From NCBI GenBank assembly GCA_964388155.1, contig CAYLYH010000006.1:11350-75349 (forward strand): a stretch of DNA of 64,000 nt. Reading direction: 5' to 3'. A model generated the notes under the pieces. That model searched no databases, was not told the DNA's origin, and saw only the letters and a program-made list of their open reading frames with translations. The stretch is from an uncultured bacterium. Lineage in GTDB: Bacteria > Fidelibacterota > Marinisomatia > Marinisomatales > JACNKV01. Below, piece by piece: positions 19,092 to 29,782 of this stretch (position 1 is the first letter of the stretch; every line of letters begins with the position of its first letter). A program made the position numbers and the translations under genes.

Positions 19092-20278
19092 TGTTAAAAG
19101 GTAAAGACATTATTTTAATATCCAACCAAATGATGGATGACCGTTATTGGACATCCAAGCAATATATTACGATGGAGCTTATAAAAAAGAATCGCGTGCT
19201 CTATGTGGAAGCAAATTATTCATTTGGTAAACTAATCTCAGGATTATTAGGAAAAAAATGGCCGGTTTCTCCATTCGGGCGAATGCAAATAAAGAATGAG
19301 AACCTAACAATTATGACACCATTCCCACGGTTACCGTACAGAAATCATTTTCGATGGATTGGGTGGCTTAATCAAAAACTGTTGTTATATAAAATTCGAA
19401 AAGCTACAAAACACCTAAATTTTGATAAACCAATCCTATGGAGTATTTTGCATCAAACCGCTGACCTCATTGGGAAATTAGGTGAGGAAATCTCCGTGTA
19501 TCACTGCGTTGATGACTGGCCGATACTGTTACCATTGGCAGGGATGGGTATTTCGTCCGTCATTCAAAAAGATGAACAAAAACTCCTATCATCAGTGGAT
19601 GTCACGTTTAGAGTTTCACCAAGGTTGTTAAATTATGCAGATATTTCAGAAAAACATATTACCGACATCTCGAACGGTGTAGATACAACGTTGTTTGACA
19701 TGGATACATATTCAGATAAAGCGTTACCCATCGATTTGAAAAACCTTCCGCGTCCGATTATTGGATTTTCCGGTTCACTGGGGAAATGGATTGATATCGA
19801 ATTAATTCTGAGAACAGCCGAATATTTTAAAAACGCTTCCATCGTTGTCATCGGACTTAATGAAAAAAATCCAAATGTTCAACAATTATCATCTATGAGT
19901 AATATTTACTTCCTTGGAATGAAACAGCGTAAAGAAGTACCCTTGTATGTTACCAATTTCGATGTATGTTTGATGCCGTTTAAACGTTCAATAATAGGTG
20001 AAGGATTAATTCCGTTAAAAATGTTTGAATATTTGGCACTTGGCAAACCGGTGGTTTCAATATCCTCCGATGCATTAAATCCCTTTAAAAACATTCTTTT
20101 CCTCGCAGATAATGAAAAAGAATTTATCACCTTGGTTGAACGAGCTATTATTGAGTGGAATCCGAATAAGTCTGCTTTTGCCAGAGAACTTGCGTTGGAA
20201 TATTCCTGGGAAAATCGGGTTAAGAAATATAGTTCAGAAATAAATAAAGAAATAAGCAAAACCAATGATGGAAAATAA
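19088..20278 (+). CDS. glycosyltransferase family 1/4
   Basis: 396 aa. GFSGSLGKWIDIEL...KMFEYLALGKPVVS is typical of the GT-B C-terminal domain. Confidence 0.7.
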   Translation: MMLKGKDIILISNQMMDDRYWTSKQYITMELIKKNRVLYVEANYSFGKLISGLLGKKWPVSPFGRMQIKNENLTIMTPFPRLPYRNHFRWIGWLNQKLLLYKIRKATKHLNFDKPILWSILHQTADLIGKLGEEISVYHCVDDWPILLPLAGMGISSVIQKDEQKLLSSVDVTFRVSPRLLNYADISEKHITDISNGVDTTLFDMDTYSDKALPIDLKNLPRPIIGFSGSLGKWIDIELILRTAEYFKNASIVVIGLNEKNPNVQQLSSMSNIYFLGMKQRKEVPLYVTNFDVCLMPFKRSIIGEGLIPLKMFEYLALGKPVVSISSDALNPFKNILFLADNEKEFITLVERAIIEWNPNKSAFARELALEYSWENRVKKYSSEINKEISKTNDGK

Positions 20279-22673
20279 TACACTTAATTTAAAAGCAATA
20301 AAAACATGGGCGTTGATGGTCACGGGACTTATCATCGGTATTGTATTTTTATATCAAGAGCCCATTATTGATGGACAGAAACTGGCCATCGGAGATGTAA
20401 AAACGCAGGGTTTAATATTTGAAAAACATAAGGACGATTGTCAAACTGAATTTGGCGAACACGCGCTGTGGTATCCTTACATTTTTTGCGGAATGCCTTT
20501 TCATGCTTCAGGTACATACCGACTACAATACACACTTGAAACACTTTACAAAATCGTACCATTAACCATCAGAAAAAGTTTATCAGCAGGATTCACATTT
20601 AATATTCTTGCGGGTGCGATTTTTATGTTGCTTTTGTTACGCTCGTATGGTCTTGGATATTCTGCATCTTTTTTCGGGGCGGCAGCATTTGTGTTTACAA
20701 CTAAAATTTTAGGGACTCCGCACACAAATCGAATTGTGACATTTATTCATCTGCCGTTAATATTGTATGCACTTCGGCAGTTGTGGAATACAAAAAAATG
20801 GATATTTATGGTTCTGCTTGGCGGTGCGGTCGGTTCCCAAATTGGAAGCTATCATCCGCAAGTGGCATATTACGGATTATTGATGGTCGGGTTGTACACA
20901 CTTTATCGATTTGTACAGGGTATGAGGGAAAAAGAGTCGTGGAAAAGTCTTATGACCATTCTTGGGATGACAGGGGTATCGCTGGGTGTGGGATATTTTA
21001 TGGCATCAATCGTATTGACACCGATGCAGGAATATCTTCCATTTTCCATTCGCGGGGCGGCAGGTGCATCCGGTGGCGGAAGCGGTTTATCTTTTGATTA
21101 TGCAACAGGATGGTCATTCAGTTGGTGGGAGATATTTTCGTTTATCATTCCAAGTTTTAGCGGGTTTGGCGGAAGTACCTATTGGGGAGATATGCCATTC
21201 ACAAGCTATCCGCACTACCTTGGGATTCCGGTTTTGATTTTTGCGGTGATTGCGTTTATTTCAACAAATAAACGGCGGGATTATTGGTTTTTAGTCCTGA
21301 TGATGATTTTTTCATTACTCATCGGAATGGGCAAGAATTTCTCTGTTTTATCTTCGCTACTGCTAAATTATCTGCCCTATTTTAATAAGTTTCGTGAACC
21401 ATCCATGATTCTTATACTATTTGCAATGAGTACGGCAATTTTATCCGCGTGGGGCTTTCATACCCTTTTGGAAAAAATATCTGAAAAAAATAACGTGAAA
21501 TGGGGAAAAATATCCCTGCGCACACTTATAGGAATCGGCGTGTTTGCCGTCATCGTGCTGGTGTTCAAAGATGGATTGCAAAACCTCATGTTTGGCGTTT
21601 ACAATAACGCGGACATCTCAACCGATAGGATAAAGCAATTCCAAGATTCGAGGCAAATCAGCTACCTGTATAAAATGCGATTTGATATGTTTTACAAAGA
21701 CCTGTGGGTTGCGATCTTGCTATCTGCAGGGACGATTGGGATCATCTGGGGCGGGTTAACCAAGAAAATTCTCATAAATCCCCTCATTGGTATGCTGCTG
21801 ATCCTAATGATTGCTGACCTTGGTTTTGTGGGCAGAAAAGTGATCCCACCGATGTTTTCGAAAACATCCCGAAGAGCAATGGAACCACGAAAAACCGGTG
21901 TCATTGACTACCTGAAGAAGGATTCAGACTTGTTCAGAGTGCTGCCACTGGATAATTTCACCACCAACGAGTACGCGTGGTTTGGGATTGCCTCCATTGG
22001 AGGATATCACGCCGCAAAAATGGCAAATTACCAGGACTTTTTAGATTCAAAGTTTGTCAGTAATTTAAACTTTTTACGATTGACGAACACAAAATATGTG
22101 ATAACGAAACAACGGTTCAATCATCCGGAATTAGACTTTAAACATACAGCAAATGGTGAAAATATTTATCAGGTGAAACAACATTTACCACGACTATTTT
22201 TGGTTGATTCCGTTGTCGTGAGTCAAGATAAAAAAGCCACATTTGATATGTTAAAGTCCGATTGGTTTAATCCACAAAAACATGCGATTGTGGATTGGCA
22301 ATTACCAGAAAGTCAGTATCTAACGATGGGGTCGGAAGTAAAGGTCATCGATTGGGATCCCCAAAAAATAGTGGTTTCAGCTTCAATGACCGGAGATGGA
22401 TTATTAGCGTTTAGTGAAGGGTATTATCCACCCGGCTGGCATGCATATATTGATGGTGAAGAAACCGATATATACAAAACCAATCACTTTATGCAGTCGA
22501 TCATCGTTCCAAAAGGAAACCACACGGTGGAATTTCGTTTTGAGCTAGCCTCCTTTAATCGGTCGTTATGGATGAGTAAATTTCTGTTTTTCAGCGTGTT
22601 GCTTGTCTTAGTGGGATACGGTGTTTGGAAGTATCGTCTTACCATTATTCCTGAAAAATATTTCAAATCCTAA
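20265..22673 (+). CDS. YfhO-family polytopic membrane glycosyltransferase (GT-C like)
   Basis: 802 aa with more than 12 TM helices and a C-terminal extracytoplasmic domain ending GNHTVEFRFE plus a terminal TM, as in YfhO. Confidence 0.75.
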   Translation: MMENNTLNLKAIKTWALMVTGLIIGIVFLYQEPIIDGQKLAIGDVKTQGLIFEKHKDDCQTEFGEHALWYPYIFCGMPFHASGTYRLQYTLETLYKIVPLTIRKSLSAGFTFNILAGAIFMLLLLRSYGLGYSASFFGAAAFVFTTKILGTPHTNRIVTFIHLPLILYALRQLWNTKKWIFMVLLGGAVGSQIGSYHPQVAYYGLLMVGLYTLYRFVQGMREKESWKSLMTILGMTGVSLGVGYFMASIVLTPMQEYLPFSIRGAAGASGGGSGLSFDYATGWSFSWWEIFSFIIPSFSGFGGSTYWGDMPFTSYPHYLGIPVLIFAVIAFISTNKRRDYWFLVLMMIFSLLIGMGKNFSVLSSLLLNYLPYFNKFREPSMILILFAMSTAILSAWGFHTLLEKISEKNNVKWGKISLRTLIGIGVFAVIVLVFKDGLQNLMFGVYNNADISTDRIKQFQDSRQISYLYKMRFDMFYKDLWVAILLSAGTIGIIWGGLTKKILINPLIGMLLILMIADLGFVGRKVIPPMFSKTSRRAMEPRKTGVIDYLKKDSDLFRVLPLDNFTTNEYAWFGIASIGGYHAAKMANYQDFLDSKFVSNLNFLRLTNTKYVITKQRFNHPELDFKHTANGENIYQVKQHLPRLFLVDSVVVSQDKKATFDMLKSDWFNPQKHAIVDWQLPESQYLTMGSEVKVIDWDPQKIVVSASMTGDGLLAFSEGYYPPGWHAYIDGEETDIYKTNHFMQSIIVPKGNHTVEFRFELASFNRSLWMSKFLFFSVLLVLVGYGVWKYRLTIIPEKYFKS

Positions 22674-23844
22674 TTTGCAGAAATTCTTAAAACATATCAT
22701 CCTTTGTACGCAGCAATTTGGTAATTATTGGTCCGGGTTAGGTGCATACTCAACACATCTGGCAAGAGGCTTGGTACGATCGGGTCTGAAGGTAACCGTA
22801 GTTTCTCCCGGCACTTCGGCTAAGGTTGAAGGAGTGGATATTATTTCTGTTTCTCCATCGAAATATGATCCGACACATGGTGGATGGTTTTCTTTATCCT
22901 ATGCTTATACCAAGGCAATAAAAGATATCGAAGCTGATATTGTTCATTTTACCGATGCGCGTGAATCTTTTGCTTATAAAGGGAATATTCCATCGATTGG
23001 CACCTTGCATGATGACTATTTTGCACGACATAAGTGGAACCTTTTTTACTATAAAAAAGATTATGTAGACTGGTTAAAACGATGGGCATATTATTCTTTT
23101 GTGACGTTGACAGAACGGAGATCACTTAGACGATTGACAGGTCTTTTGGCGAATTCGAATGCCACTGCAAAAACTATTTCTAATGTCTATAAAATCCCAC
23201 ATAAAAATATTAATACTATATATTTAGGAATGGACTTGGAGATAGCACCAATTACTAAAGATTTAGAAAATAGACGGTTAACGAATCCCACACTACTACT
23301 TGTAGGGGGAAATATTCAACGGAAGGGACTGCCGATTATCTTAAGGGCTTTAAAAAGTTTGATCAAGGAAATTCCAAATTTAACGTTGCAAGTTGTAGGG
23401 AAAAATCAAAACATAGATAGAATGAAAGCATTAGCAAATAAATTGGGAGTTGGAGATTATGTAGATTTTCTTGGGTGGGTTCCGCCCGAAAAGATTCATA
23501 TGTATTACCGTCAAGCCTCAATCTTTGTGATGCCATCGTTGATGGAAGGATTCGGATTGGTATTTTTGGAGGCAATGGCTCAGGGGCTGCCAGTCATTGG
23601 CGGGAACGTAGGAGGGACGTCGGAATTAATCAAAGACGGAGAAAATGGGATATTAGTTTCACCCGGACATAGTGCGTCATTACACGATAAAATATTATCA
23701 TTGTTAACTAACGGTGATTTTCGTAAAAAACTCATAAAAAACGGATACAAGACTATTGAGAAGAGATTCGCAGTAAAAAATATGATACATGAAACCGTCA
23801 GATATTATGATGAAGTATTGAGTGATGCTCACAATGCTGAATGA
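22621..23844 (+). CDS. glycosyltransferase family 4 (GT-B)
   Basis: EGFGLVFLEAMAQGLPVIG...ENGILV motif. Start uncertain (GTG 22621 or TTG 22675 just after the YfhO stop). Confidence 0.85.
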   Translation: MFGSIVLPLFLKNISNPNLQKFLKHIILCTQQFGNYWSGLGAYSTHLARGLVRSGLKVTVVSPGTSAKVEGVDIISVSPSKYDPTHGGWFSLSYAYTKAIKDIEADIVHFTDARESFAYKGNIPSIGTLHDDYFARHKWNLFYYKKDYVDWLKRWAYYSFVTLTERRSLRRLTGLLANSNATAKTISNVYKIPHKNINTIYLGMDLEIAPITKDLENRRLTNPTLLLVGGNIQRKGLPIILRALKSLIKEIPNLTLQVVGKNQNIDRMKALANKLGVGDYVDFLGWVPPEKIHMYYRQASIFVMPSLMEGFGLVFLEAMAQGLPVIGGNVGGTSELIKDGENGILVSPGHSASLHDKILSLLTNGDFRKKLIKNGYKTIEKRFAVKNMIHETVRYYDEVLSDAHNAE

Positions 23845-25132
23845 ACTTAAAAAAATATTGAATCTTAATACTGAGTTCAGCAAAAATGTGCTGACATTGG
23901 TCACCGGGACGACGGTTGCTCAGGTGATTCCCATTGCAATCAGCCCAATTCTTACTAGAATATATACTCCAGAGGATTTTGGTGTTTTAGCGTTGTTTTT
24001 GTCGGTATCTATGCTGTTAGGGGCTATTGCAAGCGGAAGATACGAGCAGGCAATTATTTTACCAAAAAAAGATGAAGAGGCTCTTAATTTAATTATATTA
24101 TCCTTATTCTTTTTGATGTTTACATCTATTTCAATCTTAGTACTAGTTGTCTCTTTTCATCGACAAATTGTTGGATTTCTAAATAATGATGCTATCTCGA
24201 TTTGGCTTTATTTTGTTCCGTTAATGGTTCTACTGTTGGGAGCATTTAATATTGTAAATGTATACGCTACACGCTTAACACATTATCAAATTATCGCCAA
24301 AACCAATGTGTATAAATCTGTCATATTAGCAACATTTCAAGTGTTATGGGGTGTGCTTAAGTCCGGAGCCTTCGGTTTGATTTCCGGGCAGATTATTTCA
24401 CAGGCTATATCTACACTTTATCTTTTTATAAAGTCAATCAGATTGAAGGTCATTAAGGAAGTTGTCTCTTTGTCTAAAATAAAAATTCTTGCTAGAAGAT
24501 ACATTCGTTTTCCAAAATATTCTCTTTGGGCAATCATGTCAAATGTGTTAACACAAAATATATTAAATGTGAGTGTGTCCACCATTTTTTCTATGGCGAC
24601 ATTGGGACTATATTCCTTTGCGAATAAAATAATTGCAATGCCGATTAACTTAATCGGGACATCTATTGGACAAGTGTTTTATCAACAAGCATCGCGTGAA
24701 CAAAAAGAAACCGGCAAGACAATAAAGACATTCAAAGCGGTTATCATAAAATTAACGATAATGTCTTTGATTATATTTATTCCCCTTCATTTTATTGTTG
24801 AAGATATATTTATATTTATTTTTGGATCTGAATGGAAAGTTGCAGGTCAATTTGCCAAAGTCTTGATTCCGGTAATCATGATAAAATTTATTGTTTCACC
24901 GTTAAGTACAATTAATAATATATTTGATAAGCAAATCGCTTCGTTAATATGGCAAATTGGTTTATTGCTCATCACGCTGATTTCATTGGTTTGGACAAAA
25001 GTATATCACATTGAGTTTCAATCATTTATTTCAATATATGCTAAGGTAGTTTCCGTGTATTATGTAATTATGTTGCCTGTTTTATTTAATCATTCTCAAG
25101 GAAAAAACTGGTTAGGGTTATCTAAGAATTAG
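23822..25132 (+). CDS. Wzx-type oligosaccharide flippase (MOP superfamily)
   Basis: 436 aa, about 12 TM helices, located in the glycan cluster. Confidence 0.75.
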   Translation: MMLTMLNELKKILNLNTEFSKNVLTLVTGTTVAQVIPIAISPILTRIYTPEDFGVLALFLSVSMLLGAIASGRYEQAIILPKKDEEALNLIILSLFFLMFTSISILVLVVSFHRQIVGFLNNDAISIWLYFVPLMVLLLGAFNIVNVYATRLTHYQIIAKTNVYKSVILATFQVLWGVLKSGAFGLISGQIISQAISTLYLFIKSIRLKVIKEVVSLSKIKILARRYIRFPKYSLWAIMSNVLTQNILNVSVSTIFSMATLGLYSFANKIIAMPINLIGTSIGQVFYQQASREQKETGKTIKTFKAVIIKLTIMSLIIFIPLHFIVEDIFIFIFGSEWKVAGQFAKVLIPVIMIKFIVSPLSTINNIFDKQIASLIWQIGLLLITLISLVWTKVYHIEFQSFISIYAKVVSVYYVIMLPVLFNHSQGKNWLGLSKN

Positions 25133-26473
25133 ATGTTAACTCAATATCGCACCGTAGAAAAAATTGTCGAGGACAACCTCTGTATGGGCTGTGGTGTTTG
25201 CAGTAGTATTTGTCCTGAAAGTGCAATCCAAATCGGGATGGATAAAAACAAAGGCTACTTTACGCCTTCTATTGATAATAACATCTGCGATTACTGTAGT
25301 CAAATGAAAAATGGTAAGTGTGTTATTGTTTGTCCCGGCGTTGAAGTTGATTTCCAAAAAATGGGTAATCGCGGGGTTAATGGCAATGCGGAAACAGATA
25401 TTTTGGGCTCATTTCTAAAAACAGTTTATGCACATGCCACGGACGAAGATATTAGATATCAGTCGTCGTCGGGAGGTTTAGTTACTTCTCTTCTTATATT
25501 TGCGCTAGAACAAAAAATGATTGATGGTGCGATTGTGATTCAATCAGATGAAAAGGACCCTTTAATTCCTAAAGGTGTTTTGGCAACAACGTTTGAGGAA
25601 ATCAAAGCGGCAGCCGGTTCAAAATACAGTTCAGCACATATTGGAGAACCTCTCTCGGCGATATTAACAAAAAATGGGAAATATGCTGTTGTCGGGTTGC
25701 CATGTCATATCCATGCCGTCAGAAAATGGGAACAATTTAATCGAAGCATATCAGAAAAAATAGTATTACACCTTGGTCTTTATTGTGCAAATAATAATAC
25801 AATTTTTGCCACAGAACATTTTTTAAGGAAAAATAATATCCAACCTAAACATGTGAAAAAAATGACGTATCGAGGCCATGGTTGGCCAGGTAAGATGTCG
25901 GTGAAATTGAATAACGAAACTCAACAAGAAATTAAGCGCGGGACAACAGAAACATCACTTAGACGAAAACTAAGTTTTAGTTCTTCTTTTCATTATGATT
26001 TTCAGATACCAAGATGTCTTACGTGTATAGATTTAACAGCAGAACTCGCAGATATTTCATTTGCAGATCCATGGAATCATAGGTTTTTAAAAAGCGAACA
26101 TATCGGGAAATCTATGTTAGTCATACGAAATGAAATCGGGTTGAGTCTGATTGAGCGTGCAATAAAAAGCGGTATGATTGATGTAGAAGATGCAGACAGC
26201 AACGAAGTGCGTTTGTCGCAAAACATTGAGTTTAAGCGTAAAGCAACAGCCAGAATATGGTTAAGAAAATTACTTAAAATGCCTGTCCCGATTTACAAAG
26301 GAAAGTCATACGAGCTCAATCGAATACATGCATTTTCTTATGGAAATTATTTTATGTCCTTTATCTCATCAAAAAAGTGGTGGCGTCATTTTCTACCCTT
26401 AGTCCAAATTAGTCGTTGGGTTATCGGCGGATTCCTTCATAAAATAAAGAAGCAATTTCAGTTAACAACATGA
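25133..26473 (+). CDS. FrhB-family (coenzyme F420 hydrogenase/dehydrogenase beta-like) 4Fe-4S flavoprotein
   Basis: Ferredoxin motif CMGCGVCSSICP plus a second Cys cluster. The FrhB-like core (SSSGG...GLPCHI) is translationally coupled to the pyruvyl transferase. Confidence 0.7.
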   Translation: MLTQYRTVEKIVEDNLCMGCGVCSSICPESAIQIGMDKNKGYFTPSIDNNICDYCSQMKNGKCVIVCPGVEVDFQKMGNRGVNGNAETDILGSFLKTVYAHATDEDIRYQSSSGGLVTSLLIFALEQKMIDGAIVIQSDEKDPLIPKGVLATTFEEIKAAAGSKYSSAHIGEPLSAILTKNGKYAVVGLPCHIHAVRKWEQFNRSISEKIVLHLGLYCANNNTIFATEHFLRKNNIQPKHVKKMTYRGHGWPGKMSVKLNNETQQEIKRGTTETSLRRKLSFSSSFHYDFQIPRCLTCIDLTAELADISFADPWNHRFLKSEHIGKSMLVIRNEIGLSLIERAIKSGMIDVEDADSNEVRLSQNIEFKRKATARIWLRKLLKMPVPIYKGKSYELNRIHAFSYGNYFMSFISSKKWWRHFLPLVQISRWVIGGFLHKIKKQFQLTT

Positions 26474-27657
26474 TTCATAATATTGTATTAATTGGTGCAC
26501 GTTTAAGTGATAATCTTGGGGGTCCATCTTTGGCTGTTTCTACCATGGAAGTGTTAAAGCAGGAGTATCCGACTGCTAAATTCACACTATTGGTTCCGGA
26601 ACAGGCGTATTTAAAAGATCAGAAGCTTGAAAGAAAATATCAAATAACAGTCTTGCCATTTCAAGCAGAAAAAGTGTTAATCTATCTTTTAATTAAACAG
26701 TGGTTTAAATTATCAATTGGTTCTGAAGTTTATCGTAAATCAATAAAAATAATACAAAAATCTGATTTGATTGCGGATATTTGGGGAATCATGTTTGCCG
26801 ATTCATTTCGATCTGTTTCCTTTGTGTCTAAATTGCGAGAGGGAATCCGATTGGTGTATGGTCGCATTGTAAAAACTCCCGTTGTAAAGTATACAGCTGC
26901 AATGGGTCCATTTAAGTCAAGGTGGAATAGAATTTTTGCAAAGTATTACTTAGATAATTTCGTTGATGTCATCCTTGCAAGAGACGAGACGACAAAAACG
27001 CATCTGAAAAATATTCATATTTCTACTCCAATATTTCAGGTTCCGGATACTGCTTTTCTTCTGCCGTTTGCAAGTGTTGAGAGTGCCAAGAAGAATAATC
27101 TTGTTGGAATATCCGTAAGCTACCAGGCAAGAAACCGTTATTCAACGCCATCAGAGTATACAACAATGATGTCAGAATTTATTCGAGATATCATAGACCG
27201 ATATGGGATAAATATTATTATAATTCCGAATGAAATTGAACCAGGTAAAGATGATGATTATAAAATCGCAATTGAAATAAACGCACGTATCAATCACAAT
27301 CGATGTATGATACTAGAAACAAAGAATTTCACTGCTTCTCAAATTAAAGGAGTGATTCAAGAGTGTGACGTTGTTATTGCGGCAAGATATCATACTATTG
27401 TTGCCTCATTATCATTGGGAATACCAACACTGGCAATCGGTTGGCATCATAAATACACAGGTGTATTAAAGCTTTTTCATCAGGAAAATTATATGATAGA
27501 TATACGAGAATTGGAGTTTGATATACTTTCTGAAAAATTCAGTAGTTTATGGAAAGAAAGAAAAAAGGCTCATGGTGAGATTGCATCGTATGCTAAACAA
27601 GTGAAGAACGATGTAATGCTAGGTGGGGCGTACATACATAACAAATTAAAGGATTAA
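26470..27657 (+). CDS. polysaccharide pyruvyl transferase family protein
   Basis: 395 aa with N-terminal LIGARLSDNLGGPS and C-terminal AARYHTIVASLSLGIPTLAIGW, typical of the WcaK/CsaB-type family. Confidence 0.75.
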   Translation: MIHNIVLIGARLSDNLGGPSLAVSTMEVLKQEYPTAKFTLLVPEQAYLKDQKLERKYQITVLPFQAEKVLIYLLIKQWFKLSIGSEVYRKSIKIIQKSDLIADIWGIMFADSFRSVSFVSKLREGIRLVYGRIVKTPVVKYTAAMGPFKSRWNRIFAKYYLDNFVDVILARDETTKTHLKNIHISTPIFQVPDTAFLLPFASVESAKKNNLVGISVSYQARNRYSTPSEYTTMMSEFIRDIIDRYGINIIIIPNEIEPGKDDDYKIAIEINARINHNRCMILETKNFTASQIKGVIQECDVVIAARYHTIVASLSLGIPTLAIGWHHKYTGVLKLFHQENYMIDIRELEFDILSEKFSSLWKERKKAHGEIASYAKQVKNDVMLGGAYIHNKLKD

Positions 27658-27658
27658 C

Positions 27659-28846
27659 ATGCGTCAATATCGATATTCAGGGAACATAAAAGCAGGGTTG
27701 TTTATATTGGGATTGCTCTTGGTGTCAGGGCTGATGTTTTATACTCAGACCTTGGTGAAAAGTCTGCGTGAAGATAATCGTGAGATTGTAAAACTCTATG
27801 CAGAACTGATGGCGAAAGCTGTCATTAATGAAAGCGATGAGAATCTGAATTTTATTTTTGAGAATATTATCAAGAAAGTTCAGTTTCCGATTATTCAGTC
27901 GGACAGAGACGAAAATCCGCAATCATGGCGAAACCTCCCCCGGAGGGTGAAAACTCCGAAACAAGTTCGCCGATTTATGAAGACGATGGATGCCCAAAAC
28001 ACACCCATTGTGCTGAGCTTCCGACCTTCTGTAGGTGAAGAACCCATTATTTACGGAATGCTTCATTACGGAGATTCAATTCTTATTCGAAAATTAATGT
28101 GGCTGCCATATTTCGAAATTGGAGCAATGGCTGTATTTATTTTCTTAGGATTTATTGGTTTTACCTTTATTCGAAACAGCGAAAAACGGTATATATGGAT
28201 TGGGATGGCGCGTGAAACTGCCCATCAGCTTGGCACCCCCGTTTCTGCTCTGATGGGATGGATAAACTGGCTTAAAACGCATCCGGAGAAATCAGAGGAT
28301 ATAGCCGAAGAGATGGAAACCGATTTGTTTAGATTAGAACAGATTAACGAACGGTTCAGTAAAATGGGTTCAGAACCAGAATTATCCGATATCGATGTTT
28401 CAGAATTGATGGATACGGTATTTCAATATTTACAGAAACGCCTTCCGACCACGCGAAAGAACCTTGAACTTGAACATAAGATAGATAAAGGATTGCAGAT
28501 TAAGGCAAACGGGACACTGTTGTCCTGGGCAATCGAAAATATCGTGAAAAATGGGATAGATGCCATTCAGAGTGATATCGGAAAAATCACAGCCACTGTT
28601 GTACATAGAAAAAGCGGAGTCTCGATTAAAATACGAGATACGGGTTCAGGGATTCCGAAAAAGAACTGGAAAAACATTTTTCGTCCGGGATTTAGTACAA
28701 AAAAACGTGGTTGGGGATTAGGGTTATCTCTGACACATCGCATTATTAACGAAATTCATCAAGGTCAAGTATCCGTTATTGACTCGTCAGAACTCGGTAG
28801 CACTTTTGAAATCATTTTACCTGTATTGAATAAAGAAACAGAATAA
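27659..28846 (+). CDS. sensor histidine kinase (2 TM, HisKA + HATPase_c)
   Basis: H-box ARETAHQLGTPVSAL, N-box NIVKNGIDA, G-boxes DTGSGI and GWGLGLS. No adjacent response regulator. Confidence 0.88.
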   Translation: MRQYRYSGNIKAGLFILGLLLVSGLMFYTQTLVKSLREDNREIVKLYAELMAKAVINESDENLNFIFENIIKKVQFPIIQSDRDENPQSWRNLPRRVKTPKQVRRFMKTMDAQNTPIVLSFRPSVGEEPIIYGMLHYGDSILIRKLMWLPYFEIGAMAVFIFLGFIGFTFIRNSEKRYIWIGMARETAHQLGTPVSALMGWINWLKTHPEKSEDIAEEMETDLFRLEQINERFSKMGSEPELSDIDVSELMDTVFQYLQKRLPTTRKNLELEHKIDKGLQIKANGTLLSWAIENIVKNGIDAIQSDIGKITATVVHRKSGVSIKIRDTGSGIPKKNWKNIFRPGFSTKKRGWGLGLSLTHRIINEIHQGQVSVIDSSELGSTFEIILPVLNKETE

Positions 28847-28868
28847 AAGATAAGTAATTTATGGCTTT

Positions 28869-29294
28869 TCAATCATCGTCTATACTCACTTTTTGACGAA
28901 TTTTTTTTAGAACTCCCCGTTGGTGTTTTTTCTCTAATCTTTTCCGTTGAGAGGATTTGGTCGGTTTTGTTGGCTTTCTGGTTTTCAGTTTTTCTGATGC
29001 CTTTCTTATCAGATTAATTAATCTGTCGATTGCATCTTTACGGTTTTGGTGCTGTGTTCGGTGCTGTTTTGCCTCTATAATCAATTCCCCGCGGTCGTTC
29101 ATTCTGTTTTTTGCTGTAATGAGTAATCGTTTTTTCACCCTATCCGTCAGAGAAGGTGAATTAATTACGTCAAAACGTAACTGAACAGCGGTTGCAACTT
29201 TATTTACATTTTGACCACCGGGGCCTGTTGATCGGACAAATTTTAACTGTAGTTCGTCTTCGCGAATGTTGATATCTGTTTTTGGTATGTGCAT
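28869..29294 (-). CDS. arfB: alternative ribosome-rescue factor ArfB (peptidyl-tRNA hydrolase, YaeJ family)
   Basis: GPGGQNVNKV GGQ motif, basic C-terminal tail, 141 aa. Confidence 0.9.
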   Translation of the reverse strand: MHIPKTDINIREDELQLKFVRSTGPGGQNVNKVATAVQLRFDVINSPSLTDRVKKRLLITAKNRMNDRGELIIEAKQHRTQHQNRKDAIDRLINLIRKASEKLKTRKPTKPTKSSQRKRLEKKHQRGVLKKIRQKVSIDDD

Positions 29295-29456
29295 GATGAA
29301 GTTCGAAATTATCCATTGGAAAGTTACTGTGAATTCATGGATAAAATGTTAAAATATATTTGTGGATCAAAGAGTGAATTTCTTGGTATACGATCCATAA
29401 AAACGGTAAATTTGGTACTAATAAAAAAGGAGTATGTTTTGGAAATAATCTATGCA

Positions 29457-29777
29457 ATGGCCGGAGGTGGTGGACAAGGCGGTGGAATTGCCGCTTTTTT
29501 ACCGTTTATCATCATTATGGGAATTATTTACTTTCTGATGATTCGTCCGCAGTCAAAAAGGCAAAAAGAGAAAAAAACCATGCTGGAGAACCTAAAAAAA
29601 GGCGATAAGGTTCTCACGATTGGTGGTATCCATGGTGTGATTTCCGGGTTAAAGGCAAAAGGAACAGTTATCGTTCTAAAAATTGGTAAGAATAATGACC
29701 TCACGGTTAATCGATCTGCAATTGCCGGATTAGCCGGAAGTGTGACCGAAGAGGACACCTCAATCGTAGAAAATTAG
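29457..29777 (+). CDS. yajC: preprotein translocase subunit YajC
   Basis: FLPFIIIMGIIYFLMIRPQSKRQKE...LKKGDKVLTIGGIHG. The upstream part of the listed ORF (29289-) is unlikely to be coding. An alternative TTG at 29439 has AAGGAG 6 nt upstream. Confidence 0.85.
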   Translation: MAGGGGQGGGIAAFLPFIIIMGIIYFLMIRPQSKRQKEKKTMLENLKKGDKVLTIGGIHGVISGLKAKGTVIVLKIGKNNDLTVNRSAIAGLAGSVTEEDTSIVEN

Positions 29778-29782
29778 AATTA

